Shown: piece after piece, positions 8,687 through 16,656 of the stretch
Numbering within the stretch: the stretch's first letter is position 1
Layout: each line of letters opens with the position of its first letter
Assembly: GCA_033844885.1 (NCBI GenBank)
Contig: JAJLJK010000122.1
Span: 1 to 24,000, forward strand
Length of the DNA: 24,000 nucleotides
DNA from: Bacteroidota bacterium
Lineage (GTDB): Bacteria > Bacteroidota > Bacteroidia > Flavobacteriales > Schleiferiaceae
Direction: 5' to 3'
Made by a program: the position numbers and the translations under genes
Notes under the pieces: model-generated
What the model was told of the DNA's origin: nothing
Seen by the model: only the letters and a program-made list of their open reading frames with translations
Database searches by the model: none

Positions 8687-9811
8687 TCAATCTGGTTTAT
8701 TCGCGATCGCCAAACTTACTGCATTAGCACCGAAGCCGACCGCATTGATCAGTATTTTATCCAATGTTTTCGGGGAACTCCCTGATACCCAAGGAGGCGT
8801 CACCCACCTTTTTTGATTCATCATTTCAACTCCCATCCATACTCCCAACGGACCACTTGCCCCAAAGCAATGGCCACTGAGAAATTTCGTGGATGTCACA
8901 GGGATCTCTCCCCATATCTTTCGGATCGCCTCTACTTCCGAACGGTCGCCTTTTACAGTACCTGGAGCATGTGCCACGATGGCATCGGGTCGATCCCAGC
9001 CGGCCATGGATGTGGCCATCCTCATCGACCGCTGCAGACATTCACCATCGGGTGAAAGTCCCGTGGCGGAGGATAGAGGTTCAGATCCAAATCCGACTCC
9101 AACGATGTAGGCATCCGCAGGCAGATCCAATTTTTGGCTTAAATGCAAAAGCACTGCCCCCTCTCCCAGGACCATGGTATTTCTGGAAAGATCCGGATCC
9201 AATGATCGGCAGGCAAAGGGATCCATGACGCGAGGCACGAGCCCCAGAGCATTCATTTGAGAAAGGGTAAAAGCCGTTATGGGAGCTTCGGCTCCACCCG
9301 CCACTGCCTGCTCCACGAATCCAGTCTCCAACCATGCGCAGGCATCGACTATGGCCCTCAGACCAGAGGCACAGGTAATACTTTGGTCAAGATCAAGGAA
9401 GGTGGATCCCTTCAAGTAATGCCCGACATGACTGGCCAGATTTCCTGCTGTGGTAAGAGGACTGTCCAGAATTCTCGAGGTTTCCTTCTCCGAAAAAAAA
9501 TCAAAGGCCTCTTCCCATTTTCCTGTTGCTCCTCTGCTGGATCCAATCGCCACGGCGGTTGGGATGTCTAGCAATCCGCCTTTGATCTGATGTGCGGCAT
9601 ATATTGCTAATTGGACCGAACGGTCCAGACGGTGAAACCCCTTGTATGGGTCTACATTCTTGACCCAATCGTCACTCTCGATCCGTGCTACCGGAAACCC
9701 TTCAAACAGGTTGAACTCGGGTACAGGTGTAATCACTTTTCTAGAGGACATCGCCCGATCCGTTCCAAGGGGAGAAATGATCCCGATCTGATGAATAGCG
9801 ACGGGTCTCAA
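8687..9811 (-). CDS. Beta-ketoacyl synthase (KAS I/II, FabB/FabF-like thiolase fold) embedded in the biotin operon
   Basis: Active-site Cys in DQSITCASG, His in IVAHAPGT, and Lys/His in TSTKFLSGHCFGASG. 374 aa. The TTG start overlaps the bioA stop (TTGA at 9808-9811). Confidence 0.8.
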   Translation of the reverse strand: MRPVAIHQIGIISPLGTDRAMSSRKVITPVPEFNLFEGFPVARIESDDWVKNVDPYKGFHRLDRSVQLAIYAAHQIKGGLLDIPTAVAIGSSRGATGKWEEAFDFFSEKETSRILDSPLTTAGNLASHVGHYLKGSTFLDLDQSITCASGLRAIVDACAWLETGFVEQAVAGGAEAPITAFTLSQMNALGLVPRVMDPFACRSLDPDLSRNTMVLGEGAVLLHLSQKLDLPADAYIVGVGFGSEPLSSATGLSPDGECLQRSMRMATSMAGWDRPDAIVAHAPGTVKGDRSEVEAIRKIWGEIPVTSTKFLSGHCFGASGPLGVWMGVEMMNQKRWVTPPWVSGSSPKTLDKILINAVGFGANAVSLAIANKPD

Positions 9812-11157
9812 TCGATGGGAATATTATTGAGGATCGCCCGGATCCCCTTGTACATGATCTTCAGATCCTCGGTCGTCGAGGTGTAGGGCGGCATTGCATA
9901 AAGCACATTCCCAAGTGGTCGAAGAAGAACCTGATTGGCAAGAGCCAAGGCATAGACTCGATCCCTGAACTCGTCGTAAACCTCCGAAGACCTGTTTCGT
10001 TTCAAACGGATCACCAAAAGAGTACCCATGGAAAAACATTCTTCCACATTGGGGTGATCCATTACCGATCTTGCGAAATCTGCCTGCTGGCGGATGAGAG
10101 AAAGTCTGGATCGCTGGATCTCACCTGAGTTCAGCAGGTCAAGACCCGCAAGGGCCGCCGCACAACCCATTGGATTGGCAGTGAATGAGTGTCCGTGCAT
10201 GAAGGCCTTTCCTCGGTCATTACTTAGGAACCCTTCATAGACTCTTTCACTTGCTGCAGAAATTGCCATTGGAAGAACCCCTCCGGTAAGGCCCTTGCTC
10301 AAACAAATGATATCCGGTTTTTCTTCGATCACCTCACTTGCAAAAAAGGTATCCAATCGACCGAAGCCTGTCATTACTTCATCAGCGATACACCACCCAC
10401 CGGCATGATGCACTTCACTCATCACTCTGGAAAGTCCATCGGCATCATATCGGATCATCCCTCCGGCCCCCTGAACCAAAGGCTCGTAGATGAACCCTGC
10501 TACCGTCTGGAGGTCGATTTTTTCCAACGCCTCAAAGGTTTGAGGGTCATCCTCCGAAAGAGGCACAGGGATCCGGATCACTTTCGGCAACATGTCGGCG
10601 AATGCCTGATTGAAGACCCCGACCCCACCTGCGGCCATGGCCCCGAAGGTATCACCGTGGTAGGCATTTTCGAAGGCCAGAATGACCCTTCGATCCACCT
10701 CGCCTCGATTCCAGAAATATTGAAGGGCCATTTTGAGGGCCACCTCAACGGCTGTGGATCCATTGTCACTAAAGAACAACCTTGACATTCCGGGAAGAAG
10801 CGGAAGCAATCGATCGGCGAGTTCGAGGGCGGGTGGGTGGGTGAAACCAGCGAAGAGAACGTGATCCAATTGATCGAACTGTTGCGTCAATCGCTGCTTG
10901 ATAATTGGATTTCCATGTCCATAAAGGTTAACCCACCAACTTGAGATCGCATCGATCAGAAAGGAACCATCCTCCAGAAACAGGCGAGATCCACGGGCAG
11001 ATACGACAGGTAGGTGTATCCCAAAATCCTTCATTTGGGTGTAAGGATGCCATTGGGTTGAAGCATCCCTTTGGGTCATGGAAGTTCTCTTTCCTTCCAA
11101 TTCCCTGTGGGTGATCATCTCCTCCAGATCAAGATTCTTCTTCATGATTCCAGCCAT
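9808..11157 (-). CDS. bioA: Adenosylmethionine-8-amino-7-oxononanoate aminotransferase
   Basis: WHPYTQM near the N-terminus, ADEVMTGFGR, and the PLP-lysine context CLSKGLTGG. The start is ambiguous. ATG 11157 gives a 16-nt overlap with bioD, whereas ATG 11145 forms an ATGA overlap with the bioD stop and is at least as likely. Confidence 0.93.
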   Translation of the reverse strand: MAGIMKKNLDLEEMITHRELEGKRTSMTQRDASTQWHPYTQMKDFGIHLPVVSARGSRLFLEDGSFLIDAISSWWVNLYGHGNPIIKQRLTQQFDQLDHVLFAGFTHPPALELADRLLPLLPGMSRLFFSDNGSTAVEVALKMALQYFWNRGEVDRRVILAFENAYHGDTFGAMAAGGVGVFNQAFADMLPKVIRIPVPLSEDDPQTFEALEKIDLQTVAGFIYEPLVQGAGGMIRYDADGLSRVMSEVHHAGGWCIADEVMTGFGRLDTFFASEVIEEKPDIICLSKGLTGGVLPMAISAASERVYEGFLSNDRGKAFMHGHSFTANPMGCAAALAGLDLLNSGEIQRSRLSLIRQQADFARSVMDHPNVEECFSMGTLLVIRLKRNRSSEVYDEFRDRVYALALANQVLLRPLGNVLYAMPPYTSTTEDLKIMYKGIRAILNNIPID

Positions 11158-11765
11158 TCTTCCAATCGGTCCTTCAATCTCCTTGCTTCTTCTTCTATTC
11201 CACGAGACGAAACTTCAATTGTGCCGATCCGGCCTATGATGTCGGCTTCGGCCATACTCTGGATCACTTCTTCTGTTGCAGGATTCGCCTCTCCGTTGAA
11301 CAGGATCCCAGGGCGGACGCCCCTTCGATTCAACCAATTCACAGAAAGCAAGGTGTGATTGATGCTGCCAAGGTAATGACGGGACACTAGAACGACCTTG
11401 TCCTCGGGTTGCAAAAGATCGCCAACAACTTCCCTGTCATTCAGGGGCACCAGAAGGCCTCCTGCTCCTTCGATCACCAGGTCGCTTTTTGTTTGGGGCC
11501 GAACAATATCGAGAAGAGAGATCCTCCGCCCTTCAAGTTCTGCAGCGGCATGTGGCGAAAGGGGAGCTTTCAAGCGGATGGATTCGGGATGGAAAAGTCC
11601 CTGATGGTCGGGTAGCAGTGGTCGGAGCCTATCTGAATCGCCTCCTTCATCAGTTCCACTCTGAACCGGCTTCCAATAATCAGCAGAAAGGGCATGACAG
11701 ATAATGGCTGACACGATGGTCTTTCCTGCATCGGTGTCGATCCCGGTCACGAAGATGGTTCTCAT
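11142..11765 (-). CDS. bioD: Dethiobiotin synthetase
   Basis: MRTIFVTGIDTDAGKT P-loop, EGAGG motif, 207 aa. Its ATG overlaps the bioF stop (ATGA at 11762-11765). Confidence 0.93.
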   Translation of the reverse strand: MRTIFVTGIDTDAGKTIVSAIICHALSADYWKPVQSGTDEGGDSDRLRPLLPDHQGLFHPESIRLKAPLSPHAAAELEGRRISLLDIVRPQTKSDLVIEGAGGLLVPLNDREVVGDLLQPEDKVVLVSRHYLGSINHTLLSVNWLNRRGVRPGILFNGEANPATEEVIQSMAEADIIGRIGTIEVSSRGIEEEARRLKDRLEEWLES

Positions 11766-12922
11766 TGAAAGGAATAGGCATTTAAGGTCTGGCAGAGTTT
11801 GAGTATATCCTCAGGGTCATTGAAGGAATGGATCACGATCCGCAACCTCTCACGTCCTTTCGGAACTGTCGGGTGGAGAATGGGTCTAACGTCAAAGCCC
11901 TTTTCCTGAAGGTGATCCGCCAATTTAACCACACGTTGATTCCCCTTGACCAACAGGACATTGATCGGAGTTCTTCCACGGATCATCCGTCGACGGATCC
12001 TTGGCTCTAGATTTTGTATGAAATATTGGACGTTATGTTCCAATTGCTCCAGGGGTGCTTTGGCCTGGGATAGTTTCTGGTAGGCGACCCGAATATGGAC
12101 CAGGGTCAGATCCGGAAGACCGGTGGTATAGATCAGGGGACGGGCGAAATTCACCAGATAATCCCTTAGGACTCTCGATCCCAAAACTGCACCACCATGA
12201 TTGCCGATGGCCTTGGAAAAAGTAATGACGCGAGCAAATACCGCATCCTGAAATCCAAGATGTGAAACGAGCCCTTCTCCTTTTCGTCCGATGACCCCTA
12301 CTGCATGTGCCTCATCCACAATCAGCGAGGCCTTCCATCGCTTACAGAGGCGAACCAATCCTTTCAATGGGGCCAGATCGCCATCCATACTGAATACACT
12401 TTCGGTGACGACGAAAAGCTGTCGGGCGGTTTCACCATTCCTTTTCAAAAGGTCCCCAAGGGATCTGAGGTTATTGTGTTTGAACCGATATGCTTTTGCA
12501 TTTGAAAGTCGGATCCCATCGCGGATGGATGCATGACAGAGTTCGTCATAAAGAATGACATCCCCTTTTTTGGGAACCGAAGAAAGTAGACCTAAGTTGG
12601 CTGAGTAGCCCGAAGGGAAGATCAGAGCCGATTCGGATCCGTGAAAGGCCGCAACCTGTTGTTCCACTCGTTGATAGAGGGGTGAATTTCCTGTCAGGAG
12701 CCGGCTTCCGGTGGCGCCCAACCTTAGGGGTTGAACCAGGGCGATCTCTGATTGAAGCTGAGATTCTAGTGCTTCTGAAGTGGCGAATCCGAGATAATCG
12801 TTCGAGCAGAAATCCAACCCACCCTGTTGAGTTGGAAGTCTGCGCTCATTACCTTCCTCCCTGCGGTCATAGAGTGCATCCTCCAGGTCACGCTCAATAT
12901 TCACATCCTTTCTCAACTTCAC
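11762..12922 (-). CDS. bioF: 8-amino-7-oxononanoate synthase
   Basis: FCSNDYLGF, DEAHAVG, and the PLP-lysine context TFSKAIGNHGG. GTG start at 12922, with an in-frame GTG at 12904 as an alternative. Confidence 0.92.
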   Translation of the reverse strand: MKLRKDVNIERDLEDALYDRREEGNERRLPTQQGGLDFCSNDYLGFATSEALESQLQSEIALVQPLRLGATGSRLLTGNSPLYQRVEQQVAAFHGSESALIFPSGYSANLGLLSSVPKKGDVILYDELCHASIRDGIRLSNAKAYRFKHNNLRSLGDLLKRNGETARQLFVVTESVFSMDGDLAPLKGLVRLCKRWKASLIVDEAHAVGVIGRKGEGLVSHLGFQDAVFARVITFSKAIGNHGGAVLGSRVLRDYLVNFARPLIYTTGLPDLTLVHIRVAYQKLSQAKAPLEQLEHNVQYFIQNLEPRIRRRMIRGRTPINVLLVKGNQRVVKLADHLQEKGFDVRPILHPTVPKGRERLRIVIHSFNDPEDILKLCQTLNAYSFQ

Positions 12923-12962
12923 CTCGCGAAATTAAACATTGTGAAGGGAAAGGGATAAATGC

Positions 12963-12988
12963 AAAAAGGCCACCAAAATGGTGGCCTT
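12963..12988 (-). terminator. Rho-independent terminator of recA
   Basis: AAGGCCACC (12966-12974) pairs with GGTGGCCTT (12980-12988), a 9-bp stem with a 5-nt loop. On the - strand the stem's own 3' TT runs into TTT (12963-12965), giving TTTTT. It starts 22 nt after the recA stop. Confidence 0.8.
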
Positions 12989-13009
12989 CCTTCTTGATCG
13001 ATCCTACGA

Positions 13010-14011
13010 TCATTTCTTTCCTTCATTCACGACCTGAACGATCTTTCCTTCGATCTCTTCGGCCAGTTCAGGGTTGTCTTTGAGAAGTTGTTTCACCGCA
13101 TCACGACCCTGTCCAAGTTTCGTATCTTCATAGCTATACCAGGACCCGGACTTCTGAACGACTCCGTATTGAACACCGAGGTCGATCAGCTCTCCACTTC
13201 TGGAAATTCCCTCTCCATACATGATGTCGAATTCGGCGGTCTTGAAAGGTGGACTTACCTTATTCTTCACCACCTTGACCCTTACCCGATTACCGGTTAC
13301 CTCATCCGCCTCTTTGATCTGAGTGGATCTACGGATATCCAAACGGACGGAGCTGTAGAATTTAAGGGCATTACCCCCAGTGGTGGTCTCGGGGTTTCCG
13401 AACATCACACCGATCTTTTCGCGAAGCTGGTTGATGAAGATGCAGGTACAATGGGTCTTGCTGATGGTTCCAGTAAGTTTACGCAGAGCCTGACTCATCA
13501 AGCGAGCCTGGAGGCCCACCTTGCTATCACCCATTTCGCCTTCGATCTCACTTTTTGGGGTCAGGGCGGCCACAGAGTCGATGATGATGATGTCAATGGC
13601 TCCGGACCGGATCAAATTATCCGCGATCTCCAGCGCCTGCTCTCCATTGTCTGGTTGTGAAATGATCAATTCCTCGGTATTCACACCCAACTTTTCAGCA
13701 TAGAAGCGGTCAAAGGCGTGTTCCGCATCAACAAAGGCGGCTATTCCACCTGCCTTTTGTGCTTCGGCGATCGCATGTAGGGTTAGGGTGGTCTTACCGG
13801 AGGATTCAGGTCCGTAGATCTCGACCACACGACCCCTGGGGTATCCACCGATGCCAAGCGCCATATTCAGACTGATGGACCCGGAAGGAATGACCTCAAC
13901 CTGCTCTACAGCAGAGTCTCCCATCCTCATGACAGCTCCCTTACCATAGGTCTTATCCAGTTTGTCCATGGTCAGCTTAAGAGCCTTCAGCTTTGCATCT
14001 TTATCGCTCAT
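13010..14011 (-). CDS. recA: Recombinase RecA
   Basis: Unmistakable RecA sequence ([13 protein letters not shown] Walker [38 protein letters not shown]). I prefer the ATG at 14011 ([11 protein letters not shown]...) over the ORF-track TTG at 14029. Confidence 0.97.
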   Translation of the reverse strand: MSDKDAKLKALKLTMDKLDKTYGKGAVMRMGDSAVEQVEVIPSGSISLNMALGIGGYPRGRVVEIYGPESSGKTTLTLHAIAEAQKAGGIAAFVDAEHAFDRFYAEKLGVNTEELIISQPDNGEQALEIADNLIRSGAIDIIIIDSVAALTPKSEIEGEMGDSKVGLQARLMSQALRKLTGTISKTHCTCIFINQLREKIGVMFGNPETTTGGNALKFYSSVRLDIRRSTQIKEADEVTGNRVRVKVVKNKVSPPFKTAEFDIMYGEGISRSGELIDLGVQYGVVQKSGSWYSYEDTKLGQGRDAVKQLLKDNPELAEEIEGKIVQVVNEGKK

Positions 14012-14049
14012 TGACAAGTTTTTTATCAATTTTTTGTTTTATAAAGTAG

Positions 14050-14057
14050 CAAAAATA
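14050..14057 (-). promoter_or_regulatory. Candidate Bacteroidota -7 promoter box (TAnnTTTG) for recA
   Basis: The - strand reads TATTTTTG, an exact consensus match, 38 nt upstream of the recA ATG, within an AT-rich 170-bp intergenic region. Confidence 0.4.
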
Positions 14058-14147
14058 ATGACCCGACGCACGGATCACTATTTTTTTGAAGAAGAGTTAT
14101 GCACAACTTCTTTACTAACCTCTTTCAAGTATACGCAATAAAATGTC

Positions 14148-14177
14148 GAAAAGAAAAAACTCCCCAACCGGGGAGTT
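14148..14177 (-). terminator. Rho-independent terminator of bcp
   Basis: On the - strand AACTCCCC / GGGGAGTT forms an 8-bp stem with a GGTT loop (14158-14177), followed by TTTTCTTTT. It begins 4 nt after the bcp stop. Confidence 0.8.
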
Positions 14178-14181
14178 CGTA

Positions 14182-14643
14182 TCAAGCGTATTCTTCGAGG
14201 ATCTGTTCGGTGGCCTCTTTGGTCTTGACCTTGGTAAGGACCTTGTCGATCTTTCCTTCCTCATCGATCACAAAGGTCTCGCGGTGGATTCCATCGAACT
14301 CGCGCCCCATGAACTTCTTCTTACCCCAAACCCCGTATTTCTCAATGATCTCGCGCTCGGTATCAGGGATCAAGGGAAAGGGAAGACTATATTTTTCAGC
14401 AAACTTCTTGTGTTTGGCCTCATTATCTGCACTCACCCCTATCACCTGAAAACCCTTGCTCAGGAGTTTGGAATTGTTATCCCTGAAATTGCAGGCTTCT
14501 GCCGTACATCCGGGAGTGTCATCCTTTGGATAGAAATACAGGATCACCTTTCTCCCTTTAAAATCTGAGAGACTGATGGCATTTCCGTGTTGATCGATGG
14601 TGCTGAAATCGGGAGCCTTATCCCCAGGTTGAAGATGTGTCAT
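14182..14643 (-). CDS. bcp: Thioredoxin-dependent peroxiredoxin Bcp/PrxQ
   Basis: YFYPKDDTPGCTAEAC motif (peroxidatic Cys plus a resolving Cys five residues later). 153 aa. Confidence 0.93.
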   Translation of the reverse strand: MTHLQPGDKAPDFSTIDQHGNAISLSDFKGRKVILYFYPKDDTPGCTAEACNFRDNNSKLLSKGFQVIGVSADNEAKHKKFAEKYSLPFPLIPDTEREIIEKYGVWGKKKFMGREFDGIHRETFVIDEEGKIDKVLTKVKTKEATEQILEEYA

Positions 14644-14783
14644 GTTATTGGTTTTTCAATGAAACGAATTCATGCATCAAGGGTTCATATGATCTCGCAG
14701 AACATTCCATATTTTCTGCAGGTTGCTTTAAGAACAAACCACTGAGTCTTGCATCTTTGCAAAGAACGCCAAATGCTTTCCAA

Positions 14784-15455
14784 GTGACCAAATCAGAGAA
14801 AGTCCAATTCGTGATCGATAAACTCGAGGAACTATTTCCCGAGGTACCAGTTCCTCTTCACCACAAGGATCCGTATACTCTTCTCATAGCGGTACTTTTG
14901 AGTGCCCAATGCACGGACGAGCGGGTGAATAGGACCACCCCTGCCCTCTTTGCCCTCGCTGACAATCCCTATGAAATGGCTCGCCTAACTGTGGATCAGA
15001 TCGCAGGTATCATTCGTCCTTGTGGTTTGACTCCTATGAAAAGCAAAGGAATCCACCAGTTGAGTCAAATCATCATCGACCAGCATCAGGGGAAGGTCCC
15101 AGACAATTTCAAGGACCTGGAGTCCCTTCCGGCGGTGGGGCACAAGACCGCCAGTGTGGTAATGAGCCAGGCATTTGGTCATCCGGCCTTCCCTGTGGAT
15201 ACCCACATTCACCGATTGATGTATCGCTGGGGATTGAGCAATGGTCGATCGGTGGAACAGACAGAAAAGGATGCCAAACGTTTATTTCCCAAGGATCTGT
15301 GGAATAAATTACATCTACAGATCATCTATTACGGCAGGGAATATTCTCCTGCCAGGGGCTGGGATCTGGAAAAGGACGTGATCACCAACACCATTGGACG
15401 CAGGTCCGTCATTAATGAGTTTGAGAAGAACCTATCAAAAAAGAGTAAAAAATGA
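14784..15455 (+). CDS. nth: Endonuclease III-like HhH-GPD DNA glycosylase/lyase lacking the Fe-S cluster cysteines
   Basis: From the GTG at 14784 the protein reads (M)TKSEKVQFVIDKLEELFPEVPVPLHHKDPYTLLIAVLLSAQCTD. HhH with the catalytic Lys in LPAVGHKTASVV and the catalytic Asp in VDTHIHRL. The ORF-track ATG at 14637 would add 49 non-homologous residues and overlap the bcp start. TTG 14757 is a second possible start. Confidence 0.85.
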   Translation: MTKSEKVQFVIDKLEELFPEVPVPLHHKDPYTLLIAVLLSAQCTDERVNRTTPALFALADNPYEMARLTVDQIAGIIRPCGLTPMKSKGIHQLSQIIIDQHQGKVPDNFKDLESLPAVGHKTASVVMSQAFGHPAFPVDTHIHRLMYRWGLSNGRSVEQTEKDAKRLFPKDLWNKLHLQIIYYGREYSPARGWDLEKDVITNTIGRRSVINEFEKNLSKKSKK

Positions 15456-16318
15456 TCCATCTTTTGATCCTGGAGATCTTTGACAAGGAGACCCTGCGAG
15501 AGATCAATCAAAAGGCCGTGGACTTTGCATTCAGCGCTGGTCCTAAACTATTGATGGGACTCGCCACCCTTGTCATCGGTCATTATCTGATCCGACTTCT
15601 GAAAAAGATCATCAAGAAGGCATTCAGGCGATACCGGGTGGACGCTTCCCTAAGCTCCTTCCTGATGAGCCTGATCGTTTTCCTCCTTTATACCATCCTC
15701 CTGATCGCTGTGGCCTCCACACTTGGCGTTGCTACCTCTTCCTTTCTGACCATTCTTGGGGCCATGGGTCTGGCGATCGGCCTCGCCCTACAGGGGAGCC
15801 TTTCCAACTTTGCCGGTGGGGTCCTGATCCTCCTCTTCAAGCCTTTCAAGGTGGGTGATATCGTCGAGATAAACACCAGAATGGGCACGGTCGAAAAGAT
15901 CGATATCCTCCACACAACCCTGGTGCTTTTTGACAATCGTGTGGTGACCATGCCCAATGGACCGGTGGCCAATAATGAGATCATCAATTTTACCCGGAAA
16001 AAGGAGCGTCGCGTTCAATTGGATATCGGGATCGCTTATCGCCACAAGGTCGGAGATGTTCGTCCAGTGATCCTGAATATCTTGAAACAGGATGAGCGGA
16101 TCCTGAACGAACCGGAACCAGTCGTGAAATTGAATCAATTGGCAGATAGCAGTCTGAATCTGGTTGTCAGATTCTGGACCTCCCCTGAGGATTATTTTGA
16201 ATCCTACTGGGATAATCTTGAAAGGATCAAAGATGCATTGGACGAACATGGTTACGAGATCCCATTCCCACAAAGGACAGTAACCATTGTCCAGAAACCT
16301 TCGGGTTCCGCCGAATAA
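15452..16318 (+). CDS. Small-conductance mechanosensitive channel (MscS family)
   Basis: Three N-terminal transmembrane helices, a pore-helix region GAMGLAIGLALQGSLSNFAGGVLILLFKPFKVGDIVEI, and a C-terminal beta domain. Its ATG overlaps the nth stop (ATGA at 15452-15455). Confidence 0.9.
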   Translation: MIHLLILEIFDKETLREINQKAVDFAFSAGPKLLMGLATLVIGHYLIRLLKKIIKKAFRRYRVDASLSSFLMSLIVFLLYTILLIAVASTLGVATSSFLTILGAMGLAIGLALQGSLSNFAGGVLILLFKPFKVGDIVEINTRMGTVEKIDILHTTLVLFDNRVVTMPNGPVANNEIINFTRKKERRVQLDIGIAYRHKVGDVRPVILNILKQDERILNEPEPVVKLNQLADSSLNLVVRFWTSPEDYFESYWDNLERIKDALDEHGYEIPFPQRTVTIVQKPSGSAE

Positions 16319-16353
16319 ACCGTACCTTATGGGTATCTGAAAAACTGAGCGAT

Positions 16354-16656
16354 ATGTTCACTTACGATACCCTTTCTCAAGCGATAAACGGACTAAAGGA
16401 CCGTGGTTACCGATTGGATTTCAACCTCAATTTCGATTGTCTGGAATGTGTCAATGACAATACCATGGTTCAGCCGGAGGAATTCAAGGTTGCGGAGATC
16501 CATCGATTTGAAGGAAATACGAACCCTGATGATTCGTCCATTCTTTACGCCATTGAAGTTTCGGATGGAAGGAAAGGGGTTCTTGTGGATGCATATGGCG
16601 CTTATTCCGGACAGATCTCTGAAGAGATGATGCACCGGCTGCAGGAACGCCGCTGA
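16354..16656 (+). CDS. Conserved hypothetical small protein (100 aa), function unknown
   Basis: Clean ATG ORF with coding-like composition. I recall similar proteins of about 100 aa (xTYDTLSxAINxLKxRGYxxDFN...) in Flavobacteriia genomes with unreliable annotations. No motif I can assign. Confidence 0.6.
   Translation: MFTYDTLSQAINGLKDRGYRLDFNLNFDCLECVNDNTMVQPEEFKVAEIHRFEGNTNPDDSSILYAIEVSDGRKGVLVDAYGAYSGQISEEMMHRLQERR

Noticed and set aside
12923-12965. A search for a BirA operator palindrome upstream of bioF.
   Set aside because: No two-half-site palindrome is visible. Only a single TGTTTAAT-like segment is present, which is not sufficient.
13088-13660. A 190-aa + strand ORF antisense to recA. 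Similar antisense ORFs lie within the T9SS cargo gene (195-518, 819-1298), bioB, the KAS gene, bioA, bioF, bcp, mscS (15788-16273) and kmo.
   Set aside because: All lie wholly inside genes with unmistakable homology on the other strand, and none shows any recognisable motif. I treat them as shadow ORFs.
14088-14113. An imperfect inverted repeat (GAAGAAGAGTT...AACTTCTTT) upstream of recA, considered as a possible SOS/LexA-type operator.
   Set aside because: The arms pair over only 4-5 bp without gaps. I cannot match it to any operator consensus I can recall with confidence, and it is AT/purine-rich sequence where such matches arise easily.
14637-14783. An N-terminal extension of the nth ORF from the ATG at 14637.
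   Set aside because: It would overlap the divergent bcp start codon and adds 49 residues unlike Nth. The GTG at 14784 gives a typical Nth N-terminus. TTG 14757 remains a lesser alternative.
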